Under the pieces are notes generated by a model. That model did not search any database, was not told the origin of the DNA, and was given only the letters and a program-made list of their open reading frames with translations. From a virus (lineage: Duplodnaviria; Caudoviricetes): a stretch of DNA of 64,000 nucleotides. The translations under genes were made by a program, and so were the position numbers. Shown piece after piece: positions 18,748 to 27,708 of this stretch. The stretch spans positions 4,279 to 68,278 of IMG/VR virus record IMGVR_UViG_2854727110_000001. One strand, 5' to 3'. Every line of letters begins with the position of its first letter. Position 1 is the stretch's first letter.

Positions 18748-19143
18748 TTATGCCTTGGCGGCTTTTGCTGGCTTTTCGGTCGAGGCGGCCACCGCTGCGG
18801 CGGATGCCGCTGCAGCGGCTGCGACCGCAGTGCTCCGCTCGGCTTGGATGGTTACAAGCTCGGCGCTCAAGCGCTGCGCCTCGACTTCGTTGACCCGCGC
18901 CTGCTCGGCAACGCGCTCCTCCGCTTCGGTCAGGCGCTGGGAGCGCTCGTCCAGCGCGCGCTCGCGCTCCAGCATCTGGTCGCGGGCAGCGAGCAATTCG
19001 ACCTTGGTCGGGACGTACTCAGCAACCATCGCCTCTCCTGGCGGCGCCATAGTGAAGCCGTTATGCAGGCACGCCTCACGCGCGTCGATCGGTTCCTTCT
19101 GATGCGGACTTCCGTCCGGATCGTAGCAAGTTACTAATGCCAT
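18748..19143 (-). CDS. Hypothetical head-associated coiled-coil protein
   Basis: ORF with GGAG SD in the head module. Confidence 0.55.
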   Translation of the reverse strand: MALVTCYDPDGSPHQKEPIDAREACLHNGFTMAPPGEAMVAEYVPTKVELLAARDQMLERERALDERSQRLTEAEERVAEQARVNEVEAQRLSAELVTIQAERSTAVAAAAAASAAAVAASTEKPAKAAKA

Positions 19144-19199
19144 GTGATTCTCCAGGTAAAACGAGCCGGATTTCTCCGGCCCTTGAGTTGTTTGACGGC

Positions 19200-19613
19200 T
19201 TAGCGCTTCGCCAGGAATGCCGAAAAGTTGATACCGGTAGCGACGGTACCAGCCACCAGCGTGCTCAGGCGGATGTAGCGTTTCAGCACGCCATTCTCTT
19301 CATTGCGGAAGGGGACGACGAAGCGACCAATGCCGGTGGGGTTATCCATCGGCACAACCAGGTTGCCCAGCACCTTCTTGGCCAGGCAAACACCCAGCGA
19401 GGTCATTGCCGCAACGCTCGATCCCTCCACCGATACGGTGTAGATTTCGTCGCCACTTGCCACCTCGATCGCCGAGACGTCCAGTACCAGGAAGCCGTCG
19501 AACAGGCCTTCGCCAAGATCGAGGATGGCGCCATCGGTGGACGCCGCGATCAGACCAGCCGCTTTCAACACGGTGGCCGCGTCGAAGGTGAGCATCGAAT
19601 ATTGATTTGCCAT
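19200..19613 (-). CDS. Putative capsid decoration/cement protein
   Basis: Immediately follows the MCP; beta-rich, DLG...RYIRL motif. Confidence 0.6.
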   Translation of the reverse strand: MANQYSMLTFDAATVLKAAGLIAASTDGAILDLGEGLFDGFLVLDVSAIEVASGDEIYTVSVEGSSVAAMTSLGVCLAKKVLGNLVVPMDNPTGIGRFVVPFRNEENGVLKRYIRLSTLVAGTVATGINFSAFLAKR

Positions 19614-19641
19614 GATGTTTAATCCTTATCTTTGGCGGTAA

Positions 19642-20685
19642 TTAGGCGACGACAGGAGCGTCGGCAATGGACCACAGGCGAGTGGCGGCGCGGCCGTTGA
19701 ACACGGCGAAGCCGTTGTACCACTCGACGCGGGTGCGCAGCACTGGCGAGGTTTGCAGCTCGCCCAGGTCGCGCACGTCGACGCCACCGTTCTGAATACC
19801 TTGCACGCCACCTTCACCCAGCGAAACGACGTAGATCGAAGTCGCCGTCGCAGTGCCGGAAGTGGCCGCTTCGGTGAATGGCAGGATCGGATTTCCCAGG
19901 TGGTCCAGGTCGACCACGATAAACGGCAGGCCGTTGTACATCTCGACTGGCTTGCCGAAGGCGTCGACACCGTAGGTCAGGAAGCCGCCCACGCTGGTAT
20001 TGCGCGCGGCCTGGGTCAGACGGCGGCGCATGGCCTTCGACATGACCAGATGGGTCGGATTCAATGTCTGGTCGATCGCTTCGTCCAGCTTCGACAGCGA
20101 CAGCGCCGTACCGCCGGCCGTCGAGCCGGCAGCGATCATCTGGCCGCCCGTGATGCGCACCTGCAAGCCATCGAATTCACGCGGATCGGACTGGCTGTCG
20201 CCCTTGATGAATTTCTGCGTCCAGGCCAGCGACAATGCGCGCACCTTCATCGCCTCGTGCACTGAGCGCTGCTGGGCGCCCATGGTGTCGATGATGAACT
20301 TGTCGACGTCGAGGTCGCCGCCAGCGATCACCAGCGATTCGGTGATCGGGTTCAGGATGCCGGTCGACGCCGTGTAGGCTTCGTTGACGCCACGGAAGCC
20401 GACGCCAGGAAGCGATGCCTCGCGGTTGTATTTCATCGCATTACCGCTGATGGTATCGAATGGCAGGTTCATCAGGACGCCCGACGATCCGGCGTACAAC
20501 TCAATAATTGCCTGGCGGATAACGTCGCCAGTTTCCAGTTTGGCCGCCTCCACCAGCGTCAGCGCACACTTGATCAGCCCTTGCCGGTACATGAACTGGC
20601 TGACCTGTACGTATGCGATTTCGCGGAGGTCATGGACGATCGCGGCCATGATGGCCGCAGCCACCAGGAAGAGTTTTTTGAACAT
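19642..20685 (-). CDS. Major capsid protein (HK97 fold) with N-terminal leader
   Basis: ALTLVEAAK...IIEL...LPF..I.G....YNRE..LP...FR.VNE...FIKGD...EFDGL. Confidence 0.88.
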   Translation of the reverse strand: MFKKLFLVAAAIMAAIVHDLREIAYVQVSQFMYRQGLIKCALTLVEAAKLETGDVIRQAIIELYAGSSGVLMNLPFDTISGNAMKYNREASLPGVGFRGVNEAYTASTGILNPITESLVIAGGDLDVDKFIIDTMGAQQRSVHEAMKVRALSLAWTQKFIKGDSQSDPREFDGLQVRITGGQMIAAGSTAGGTALSLSKLDEAIDQTLNPTHLVMSKAMRRRLTQAARNTSVGGFLTYGVDAFGKPVEMYNGLPFIVVDLDHLGNPILPFTEAATSGTATATSIYVVSLGEGGVQGIQNGGVDVRDLGELQTSPVLRTRVEWYNGFAVFNGRAATRLWSIADAPVVA

Positions 20686-20696
20686 GGAATTACCCT

Positions 20697-21470
20697 TTAT
20701 TTTGCCCCCGCGCGTGCAGCGGTCAGCCGCTCCGTCGGGGAAAGTTTTGAGAGGTCAGCGCCACCGGCGCCGGCCTTGCCACCTGCAGCACCACCGCCGG
20801 AAGCACCCGTACCCTTGAGGATTTTGTCCTTGTTCGGGTACTGGTTGACGATAACCTGCAGCGCTTCTTCGAAATCAGCGTGCTCACCATGCCGGGTTGC
20901 GGAGAAAATCGGGTTGCCGCTGTGATCCAGTGGCACCAACTTCCCGCCTTCGACCTTGAAGCGATCGCCGAACACCTTCTGCGCGATGTCAGCGGGGATG
21001 GCCAGCTTGTCGGCAATGAACGCCGAGCTGGAGAAACTGCCCCCGATGATGTGGTCGTTCAGATTGGAAGTGAGCTTGGCGTTCTCGTCAGCCAGCGATT
21101 TCTCGCGGGCCTCAGCTGCTCGCGTGGCATCCGCCACAGCCTGTTTTGCAGACGCTGCTGCTGCGTCCTTGATCTCTTGCACCTTACCGGCTGCGATCAG
21201 GTCGCCTTCCTTGATGTTCTTGGCCAGTTCCAGCGCCTTGCGGGCCGCCTCGCCGTCTTCAATGCCGTCGAAAGCCTTCAGCTTGCCTTCGGCCAGCTCG
21301 GCACGCTCACGGTGACCTTTTGCTTCACCGTTCAGGCGCGAGATGGACGCAATCGTGCTGTCAGCGTCGAATGGAGCCTCACGGCCGTCGCCATAAACAA
21401 AGATGGGTTGCTTCTTATCACCTTCGCCGGTGGTGACGATATTGCCGTTGGCGTCGAATTTGAATGGCAT
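20697..21470 (-). CDS. Capsid scaffolding protein
   Basis: Start trimmed to MPFKFDANG; coiled coil; Gly-rich C-terminus; directly upstream of the MCP. Confidence 0.75.
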   Translation of the reverse strand: MPFKFDANGNIVTTGEGDKKQPIFVYGDGREAPFDADSTIASISRLNGEAKGHRERAELAEGKLKAFDGIEDGEAARKALELAKNIKEGDLIAAGKVQEIKDAAAASAKQAVADATRAAEAREKSLADENAKLTSNLNDHIIGGSFSSSAFIADKLAIPADIAQKVFGDRFKVEGGKLVPLDHSGNPIFSATRHGEHADFEEALQVIVNQYPNKDKILKGTGASGGGAAGGKAGAGGADLSKLSPTERLTAARAGAK

Positions 21471-21618
21471 GGTTGTTTCTTTCTGGGCATCCGCCCTATC
21501 AATGACCTTCCGGCCGTGCACCGCGTCGCGTCCGCTTGCGGCAATAAAAATGCCGCCTCAGTAGGCGGCACGGTAAATCGTTGGTCATAAAATGCCCGCC
21601 GGAGCGGGCTTCATGGAT

Positions 21619-21771
21619 TCAGATATAGGGGTGGAAGCTGGATTCACTCAGCCAGTCGAAGTAAGCGCCCCGGGGAGTTCTCCCGTTTCCTTCTTTGCCG
21701 AGGCCGATACACGACCAGCCTAATGCGTTGCGCACGATGAGCGGTTTAATGATCATTTCATCTGATTCCAT
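21619..21771 (-). CDS. Small hypothetical protein (50 aa, below the ORF-track cutoff)
   Basis: AAGGA SD + ATG 21771; MESDEMIIKPLIVRNALGWSCIGLGKEGNGRTPRGAYFDWLSESSFHPYI; followed by hairpins. Confidence 0.5.
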   Translation of the reverse strand: MESDEMIIKPLIVRNALGWSCIGLGKEGNGRTPRGAYFDWLSESSFHPYI

Positions 21772-21806
21772 TGAATGTCCTTGTTCTGGCGCGCGACTTG
21801 CGACCG

Positions 21807-23003
21807 TTATTTGTACTTCGCCTGCAGTTCCTCCAAGGTCAGCTTGCGCCCCTTGAGGTTCATCAGGTCATTCAAGGTGATCTTGCCCGCCTCGTACATC
21901 TCGGCGCGACCCGGCCCCAGGTATTCGGCCCGCCAGGCCTTGTCCTTGCTGGCCAGAAAGTCTTTGAAGTTCATCTTGCTGCTAACCGGGCCGCCATCAC
22001 TGGGGCGCGTGCTCTCGCCGGGCTCGTCCAGATCGATGCCTAAGTCCTTGAAAGACTTGGTGCGCGTGCTGAGCACACAGCGGCAGCTGAAATGAATGGC
22101 GCCCGGCCCTCCTGCCCACTCGTGTGTGTGATTAATCGGCTCCTGCCCATCCAGCGTGTACTCCTGCAGGTCACGCATGGCGCACAGCAGGCAGGTATGC
22201 GAGTCGAGCGTCGACAGCCAGACCAGGCACTCGATCAGATCGACGTTTTGCTGGAACGATGCGAGCCGCGCAGCATTGGCCACGGCCTGCACCGAACTGT
22301 GCACCAGCGCGCGCGCATTTGCGGCTGACGTTTTCAGGATGCCCTGCTCGCCCGGCGCAACAGGATCCGGCGCGGCGCCAGGCGCCGTTTGCGGGGGCGC
22401 TGGCGGTGCGCGCAACAAAGCTGCCACCTTGCTCGTTGGCGGCGCTGCAGGCGCACCAGCCTTGCCAGCCCCCAGGTCAGCAGCCTTCACGCTCTTGCCC
22501 AACACGCGCGACACGATCTGCGACGTCGTTTCACCCTGCGCCGCACCGAGGCGCACCTGGCTGGCGAAGCGGAATTGCGTATCGAGCGCCTGGCGCTTCC
22601 ACCAGTCCGCCGACGGCGCGCCCTTAATCAGCGTGTCGCCGACCAGCTTTTCGAGGTAATTCGCCGGCGGCAGCTTGGCGCCCAGTTCGATCTTCAAGGC
22701 CTGCGTCAGCACCTTTGCCGTGTAATCGGCCTCGATGCGCACCATGCCGGTCAGGTTCCGGGTCATTTCGGCCTGCATGCCAGTGTAATGCGATGCGATC
22801 ACCGCATTCGACTCGCGCAGCAGCGCGCCCAGGCGCTGCTTGCCATACGTGGATAACTCGCCCTCGTTCAGCTTGGCCGTGAGCTCCTTCGACATAGCTG
22901 CCATCAGCAGCAGGATCTTCTCTTGCGTGCCGGCAGAAAAGCGCAGCAGATTCAGGGAATGCACGAGGAACATCTCGGCAATCCACTCTTCGAGCGCGCC
23001 CAT
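21807..23003 (-). CDS. Minor head/head morphogenesis protein (SPP1 gp7/Mu gpF-like)
   Basis: WLSTLDSHTCLLC..RD...P...HFSCRC motif; follows the portal. Confidence 0.85.
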   Translation of the reverse strand: MGALEEWIAEMFLVHSLNLLRFSAGTQEKILLLMAAMSKELTAKLNEGELSTYGKQRLGALLRESNAVIASHYTGMQAEMTRNLTGMVRIEADYTAKVLTQALKIELGAKLPPANYLEKLVGDTLIKGAPSADWWKRQALDTQFRFASQVRLGAAQGETTSQIVSRVLGKSVKAADLGAGKAGAPAAPPTSKVAALLRAPPAPPQTAPGAAPDPVAPGEQGILKTSAANARALVHSSVQAVANAARLASFQQNVDLIECLVWLSTLDSHTCLLCAMRDLQEYTLDGQEPINHTHEWAGGPGAIHFSCRCVLSTRTKSFKDLGIDLDEPGESTRPSDGGPVSSKMNFKDFLASKDKAWRAEYLGPGRAEMYEAGKITLNDLMNLKGRKLTLEELQAKYK

Positions 23004-24377
23004 CTATGCCGCCATCAGAGTGGGAGTAGCCGACAGGATCCGCTCCTGCTCCGCTTCCCAGTCAAGATCCGGGGAAAGGATGCCGCGCCGCTTGAGTTCG
23101 TTGAAGTAGCTTTCAGCTGACAACAGGCCGGTCGACGCGCCTTTGAACAGAAGCTCAGCGCTGGCCTCGGCCAATGTTGCGGCGCCGAAGTCTTTGTAGA
23201 CGGTGATGTGGCCACCCTCTTTTTCACCGACCCATTCAGCCATGAACTGCAACGCCTGATCAGCCGAGTCCTCGATGTTTTGCGCAACCTTCTGCAGTGC
23301 ACAGGCGCCTTGTTCGTTATCGGCAATGGTCTGGGCAACGCTGGTGCCGCCGGGCTTGATGACGAGCAGCTCGGCGCCAGACTGGCGCATCTGATCCTCC
23401 AGGTCCAGCAGCACTTGCCGACCAGCAGCAACCGCAGCACCAGACATTTCGACGTACTTCATGTCAGCCTCGGGATGATCGGCCTTGACCGCGCTTCCCG
23501 CGCCAACTGCGATCTCTGCTGCCTCAAGCATTTTGGCAAACAGGATCGGCACGCTCAGTATGTGTAAGTTGGTCTGCCGGTCGCTTTTCGTCTGCCAGTG
23601 CTCGACGTTGGCATACGCCAATTCCAGCAAAGCTGGCTTGGCACTCATAAAACCCAGGCGGTTGCCGTAGACCGGCACGAATGGAATGCGGCTGATGGTG
23701 GTCACGCCACCATCGAACACGGCCCAGTCATCGCTCTTGGCACTGTCAAGCTTGCGCCATACCTGCCAACCGCCACGGTGCAGCACGCGCACTTGCTCAA
23801 TGCTCTTGGTGGCGAACTCGCCGTCCTGCACCTTGACGACTTCCAAGAGGCGCAACTGCGACAGGCCCGCCGAATCATCAAGCCAACCCAAAATGTTTTT
23901 TGGGTGGATTTGCACAAAATACGGGCGCACAGCAGCGGCCAGCTCTTCTGCCTTGGTAACGTACAGCGGCTTGCCGTCCTTATTGCGCGTGGGAGGGTGA
24001 TCGACCAGGATGCCGCTGAAACCGAAGCCCAGCGCCTCTTGACCGACCTCCGCCAGGAAAGAATGCAGGTTGCGACCTGTGCGATCAACATCCTCGCACC
24101 AGGCTTTGAGCTTCGCCGGCACGTCATCGCCGTAGGTGACTGGCTTGCTGAATGGTTTCGCACCAAGCACCTCGATCGTGCGACCGTATGCGGGAAACAA
24201 GGTGGCGACGGCCAAGCGAATCGTATGGGCTTCGCGATCCTCGGCTGGCCATCGCGGCATGTGGGTCTCGCCGGCAGCGCGCATGGCCTTCGTGCCGCCG
24301 AGCAGCGCTTCGATCAGGTCGCAGTGCTCATTCAGCACAGCGGCCTCTGGCGATTGCTTGCGTACGGGATGGGTCAT
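23004..24377 (-). CDS. Portal protein (DUF4055-like)
   Basis: LLGGTKAMRAAGE..MP.W..E...IPFVP.YG...P.LL.LA..N..HWQ. Confidence 0.85.
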   Translation of the reverse strand: MTHPVRKQSPEAAVLNEHCDLIEALLGGTKAMRAAGETHMPRWPAEDREAHTIRLAVATLFPAYGRTIEVLGAKPFSKPVTYGDDVPAKLKAWCEDVDRTGRNLHSFLAEVGQEALGFGFSGILVDHPPTRNKDGKPLYVTKAEELAAAVRPYFVQIHPKNILGWLDDSAGLSQLRLLEVVKVQDGEFATKSIEQVRVLHRGGWQVWRKLDSAKSDDWAVFDGGVTTISRIPFVPVYGNRLGFMSAKPALLELAYANVEHWQTKSDRQTNLHILSVPILFAKMLEAAEIAVGAGSAVKADHPEADMKYVEMSGAAVAAGRQVLLDLEDQMRQSGAELLVIKPGGTSVAQTIADNEQGACALQKVAQNIEDSADQALQFMAEWVGEKEGGHITVYKDFGAATLAEASAELLFKGASTGLLSAESYFNELKRRGILSPDLDWEAEQERILSATPTLMAA

Positions 24378-24391
24378 GTAAATCCTTGTTG

Positions 24392-26590
24392 TTACATGCG
24401 CAGCGGCGATACCGTGGCGCCCTTCTTTGTGATCGGGTAGCGCTTCACGAGGAAGTAGCCGTTCGCGTCGCAGTTCGAGACAATTGGCGATTGCGCATCT
24501 AGCTTGAAGCAGCCGAGATCAGGCACTGTCAGGCAATACACCTCGCGAACGTCTTGCAGGGAAACATCCGTCACAAGACTTCCGCGTGCTGTAACGATTT
24601 GCCTCGAACGATGCACCGCACTTCCCGCAGATGCGAGTAACGTTGTCAAATCCGCTCTGCCGTCTGGCATGGGCTTTACATGCCTTGGAGCAGAATTTGA
24701 CATCGCTGTTCTTGACGGTGCTGCTTGCGGCGAACTGCTTTCCACAGCATGAGCAAGCGGCTGGAGCTGTTGCTCGAAGAGCTGCAACAGTTTTTTGATA
24801 TTGCTCTTGGTGCCACTGCTTACCGGCGTCCGATGCGTGCCATGCTTTCGTCCGCGATTGATAGGTTCTACCCATTTCGGCAATTTCATCAGCCCGCTCA
24901 TAACCATGTTCGCGGTTATGCTCGTCACCGGGCAAGCACAGCAAGTTTTCAGGCTGGTTGTTGCTGCGGTCGCCATCGACATGGTGTACGTGATGATCTC
25001 CCTGAATTGCTCCGTGCCACGCAATCCAGACTGCACGGTGGAGCCGCTTTTCTCCGTCGGACACTGAGTCTTGGAAGTATTTCCCGCAAAGGTAATAACG
25101 CCTGCCCTCAAATTCTTGACAGGTTGCACTAACGACATGCACTCGTGGCCCATCAGGTCTTTCGCTTGAATCCATTCGCCGCTCCTCACAAGAAAAAGAT
25201 GATCTTGCGAGCATTCTATAACGTAACCATTCGCAATCGTGATCTTAACTGTGCGTTTGGCACCAGTCTTGCCTGCGCCACGGTAAGGCACCCACTCGCC
25301 ATCAGGGCCAAGAACCTCGCCGGCGACGGGCAATTCATCGAACCGATATCGACCTGCGCGCGTCTGCACCATTGTGCTGGCGGTGAAGCAGGCGTGGTCA
25401 TGGCCAGACTTCTTGTCCGGCTGGCCGTCGGCGCCCCACACCTGCTGCTCCAGCGCCTCGGTCGTAGTCGGGCACAGGTCGGTATTGATCTTCCAGCGGC
25501 GCTCACCCTGGGCGTTCAGGATCATGCCGTTGTAGGCGTTGACCCGGTCCTTGACCGCAGGGTTTGAGTGGTTCACTTCGAGCAGGAAGCCCGCCTGGCG
25601 CAAAATGGACAGATCGGACTCGCTGGCGTTCTTGCTGCTGGTGTTCTGGCCGGAAGCATCCGGGAAAATCTTCACTTGGTGGCCCTTGTCCTTGAAGTCC
25701 TCCGTCAGGATCCTGGCCATGGCCGGCGTATCGCGCACTTTCACACGCTCGGCCAGTGTCATCGGCTGGCCCTCGCGAACCACGTTGATGCACGCCGTCA
25801 TGTTCAGCACGTTGAAGTCGAGGCCCACCTGCAGCGGCTCACCAGGCAGAATGATCTGCGTCGTGCGGTTTTTGAAGCGGTCAAAGTCCGGATAAACCGA
25901 GCCGCTGGTCAAGTTCGTGAACTTGCCGCGCAAGTAGGCATCGATCAGCGCTGGCGGGTAGCTGGCCAGCAGCGACGGAATGTAGTCGGCGGGCAGATTG
26001 AGCTCGTTGTCGAACGTGCTCGCCTGAATCAGGCCATACAGCGTCGCCAGCTCGGGCTTGTCGCGCACCGCCTTCACGAACTGCTGGTAGACGAACTTAA
26101 AGCCTTCCGGCGTGGTCGTCACGTCGATGCCGTTGAGCAGGCCCGGCACGTTGTAGCGCATCCGCGCGATGATCTTGCGCCAGGCCGTTTGTGCCTTGAG
26201 CATCGGCATCACGTCCAGCTCATCGATCAGCGCGTGGCCGATCTTGAAGCCGACGATGGTTTCAGGCTTCTCCATAGAGCGGCAGATGACCGTGCCGCGA
26301 TATAGCCGCCCCTCGTACACCTCGACCTCGTGATCTCCCTGCTTCACCTTGATGCGCAAGCCCATCGCATAGGCCACCTCCTCCATCGTGGGATAGAAGA
26401 TGTCGCGGATCTGCGGATAGGTCGGCGCGAAGTAACCTTGGCTGATGCCTGGCCACTGCCAGAAATGCATGCAGATACCGACGCAGCCCACGAAGGTTTT
26501 GCCGGAGCCGAAACCCGCGACATAGGCCTTGTACTTATGGGGCAGGTTCAGGAAGGCAGCCTGCGGGATATTCAGGTCAAGCTGGATCAT
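24392..26590 (-). CDS. terL: Terminase large subunit, intein-containing (about 426 aa after splicing)
   Basis: Walker A AGFGSGKT, Walker B ALIDELD, TTTPEG, nuclease-domain GLDFN; splicing restores GHDHA|CDANGY. Confidence 0.93.
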   Translation of the reverse strand: MIQLDLNIPQAAFLNLPHKYKAYVAGFGSGKTFVGCVGICMHFWQWPGISQGYFAPTYPQIRDIFYPTMEEVAYAMGLRIKVKQGDHEVEVYEGRLYRGTVICRSMEKPETIVGFKIGHALIDELDVMPMLKAQTAWRKIIARMRYNVPGLLNGIDVTTTPEGFKFVYQQFVKAVRDKPELATLYGLIQASTFDNELNLPADYIPSLLASYPPALIDAYLRGKFTNLTSGSVYPDFDRFKNRTTQIILPGEPLQVGLDFNVLNMTACINVVREGQPMTLAERVKVRDTPAMARILTEDFKDKGHQVKIFPDASGQNTSSKNASESDLSILRQAGFLLEVNHSNPAVKDRVNAYNGMILNAQGERRWKINTDLCPTTTEALEQQVWGADGQPDKKSGHDHACFTASTMVQTRAGRYRFDELPVAGEVLGPDGEWVPYRGAGKTGAKRTVKITIANGYVIECSQDHLFLVRSGEWIQAKDLMGHECMSLVQPVKNLRAGVITFAGNTSKTQCPTEKSGSTVQSGLRGTEQFREIITYTMSMATAATTSLKTCCACPVTSITANMVMSGLMKLPKWVEPINRGRKHGTHRTPVSSGTKSNIKKLLQLFEQQLQPLAHAVESSSPQAAPSRTAMSNSAPRHVKPMPDGRADLTTLLASAGSAVHRSRQIVTARGSLVTDVSLQDVREVYCLTVPDLGCFKLDAQSPIVSNCDANGYFLVKRYPITKKGATVSPLRM
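24473..25390 (-). mobile_element. Intein (306 aa) in the TerL nuclease domain
   Basis: Block A CFTASTMV (Cys1 at 25390), block B ECSQDHLF, W..A.DL, block F VYCLTV, block G IVSN followed by the +1 Cys. Confidence 0.9.
24519..25175 (-). CDS. HNH homing endonuclease with zinc fingers, encoded in a second reading frame inside the intein (218 aa)
   Basis: GAGGAG SD 6 nt before ATG 25175; LHRAVW...HHVHHVDGDRSNNQPENL...EHNREH; CSCC..CSKAC and CGKC..CDGC. Confidence 0.85.
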   Translation of the reverse strand: MDSSERPDGPRVHVVSATCQEFEGRRYYLCGKYFQDSVSDGEKRLHRAVWIAWHGAIQGDHHVHHVDGDRSNNQPENLLCLPGDEHNREHGYERADEIAEMGRTYQSRTKAWHASDAGKQWHQEQYQKTVAALRATAPAACSCCGKQFAASSTVKNSDVKFCSKACKAHARRQSGFDNVTRICGKCGASFEANRYSTRKSCDGCFPARRSRGVLPDSA

Positions 26591-27038
26591 CGTTCTTTCG
26601 CGCCCCATCCTTGACGCCGATGATGATTTGCACGGGCGTCGGCAGCTGATCGCTCGGCTCGGCCTTGCCCTTGTTCACGTAGATATCGCCCACTTCCTTG
26701 GCGGCCTGCTCGTAGAGACTGGCCACCAGCGGCAAGTTGCGCATGTTCTCGGCCTTCTGTGCCAGTCGGGCCAGGCCGCGCAGGCGAAATGCCTTGCTGG
26801 CGATCGGGATTTCCTCGGCAGTGGCGCGGAACTTGGCCCGTGTCTCTTCGAAGATCGTTCGCCATTTCTGGCTCAGGTTGCGGCCGACGTACGTGTTCGG
26901 GTCGTACAGCGACACCTGCTGGCGCGGCACATCGAGGCCGAATTCTTCCTTTACTGCAACAGATACTTGCGTCGGCGAGTCGAAACAGGCCAGCGCTGTG
27001 ACGACGTACAGCTTCACCTCGTCCTTGAGTGCGGCCAT
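26577..27038 (-). CDS. terS: Terminase small subunit-like protein (DUF2280 family)
   Basis: MAALKDEVKLYVVTALACFDSP..V...VKEEFG...YDP; directly upstream of terL. Confidence 0.75.
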   Translation of the reverse strand: MAALKDEVKLYVVTALACFDSPTQVSVAVKEEFGLDVPRQQVSLYDPNTYVGRNLSQKWRTIFEETRAKFRATAEEIPIASKAFRLRGLARLAQKAENMRNLPLVASLYEQAAKEVGDIYVNKGKAEPSDQLPTPVQIIIGVKDGARKNDDPA

Positions 27039-27068
27039 GTTTTAGTTTCCTGTAAAGCAACGTAAAGC

Positions 27069-27707
27069 CTACGCAGCCTTCAGCAAACAGGTTCCGCAAG
27101 CCCTCGCGATGTTGATTCTCGCCACTTCGGGCGGTGTCTTTGCTGCATCGATCATGCGCTGCACGTCCTCGCTGGCGCCGTAGCGGCGGACCACGCCGAT
27201 GAACTCTTCGACATCGTGCGACCGCATGCACAGCTTCGGCAATCCGTACTTGTTGAATGCTGGCGCGCCGAATTCATCCATCTCTTGGGCGATGTGATAA
27301 AGCTCGTGTTCGACCAGGGCGCAGAATTCGGCGTCGCTGCAGGCCAAGCAATACGATGCGTCCAGGGTGATGAGGAAGTCCGGCACCATGCCGAACCAGT
27401 CGGCCATCTGCTGTTGCTGGCGGCCCTTTTGCCACGGCCCGCAGCGGAAGGTGACCTCTTCGCACTGACCCAGCACAGTGCGGCCCGCCTTCACGAACCC
27501 TTCCGGCGCCCACAGGAACTGCACGTCGGCATATTCCAGGTGGGCGTGGTCTTTGTTGTAGAGCGCGCCGCCTTCGGTGAGGATGGTTGCGCGCGCCCAC
27601 TTGAGCACCTCGGGCGCGGGCAGATAGCGGTTGTTCAGTGGGTCGGTGAATTCGGGTGGCGGTACCGGGCGGCCTATGCCTGGCGCAGTTGGTTGTCTGC
27701 GCGTCAT
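27069..27707 (-). CDS. Putative phage metallopeptidase
   Basis: CALVEHELYHI zincin motif and HDVEEFIGVVRRYG. Confidence 0.8.
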   Translation of the reverse strand: MTRRQPTAPGIGRPVPPPEFTDPLNNRYLPAPEVLKWARATILTEGGALYNKDHAHLEYADVQFLWAPEGFVKAGRTVLGQCEEVTFRCGPWQKGRQQQQMADWFGMVPDFLITLDASYCLACSDAEFCALVEHELYHIAQEMDEFGAPAFNKYGLPKLCMRSHDVEEFIGVVRRYGASEDVQRMIDAAKTPPEVARINIARACGTCLLKAA

Positions 27708-27708
27708 G

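Noticed and set aside
24519-25214. Group I intron interpretation of the terL insert
   Set aside because: The insert is a multiple of 3, open in the TerL frame, and bounded by protein-splicing motifs (Cys1, SxxH, Asn|Cys); no intron core elements were recognised.
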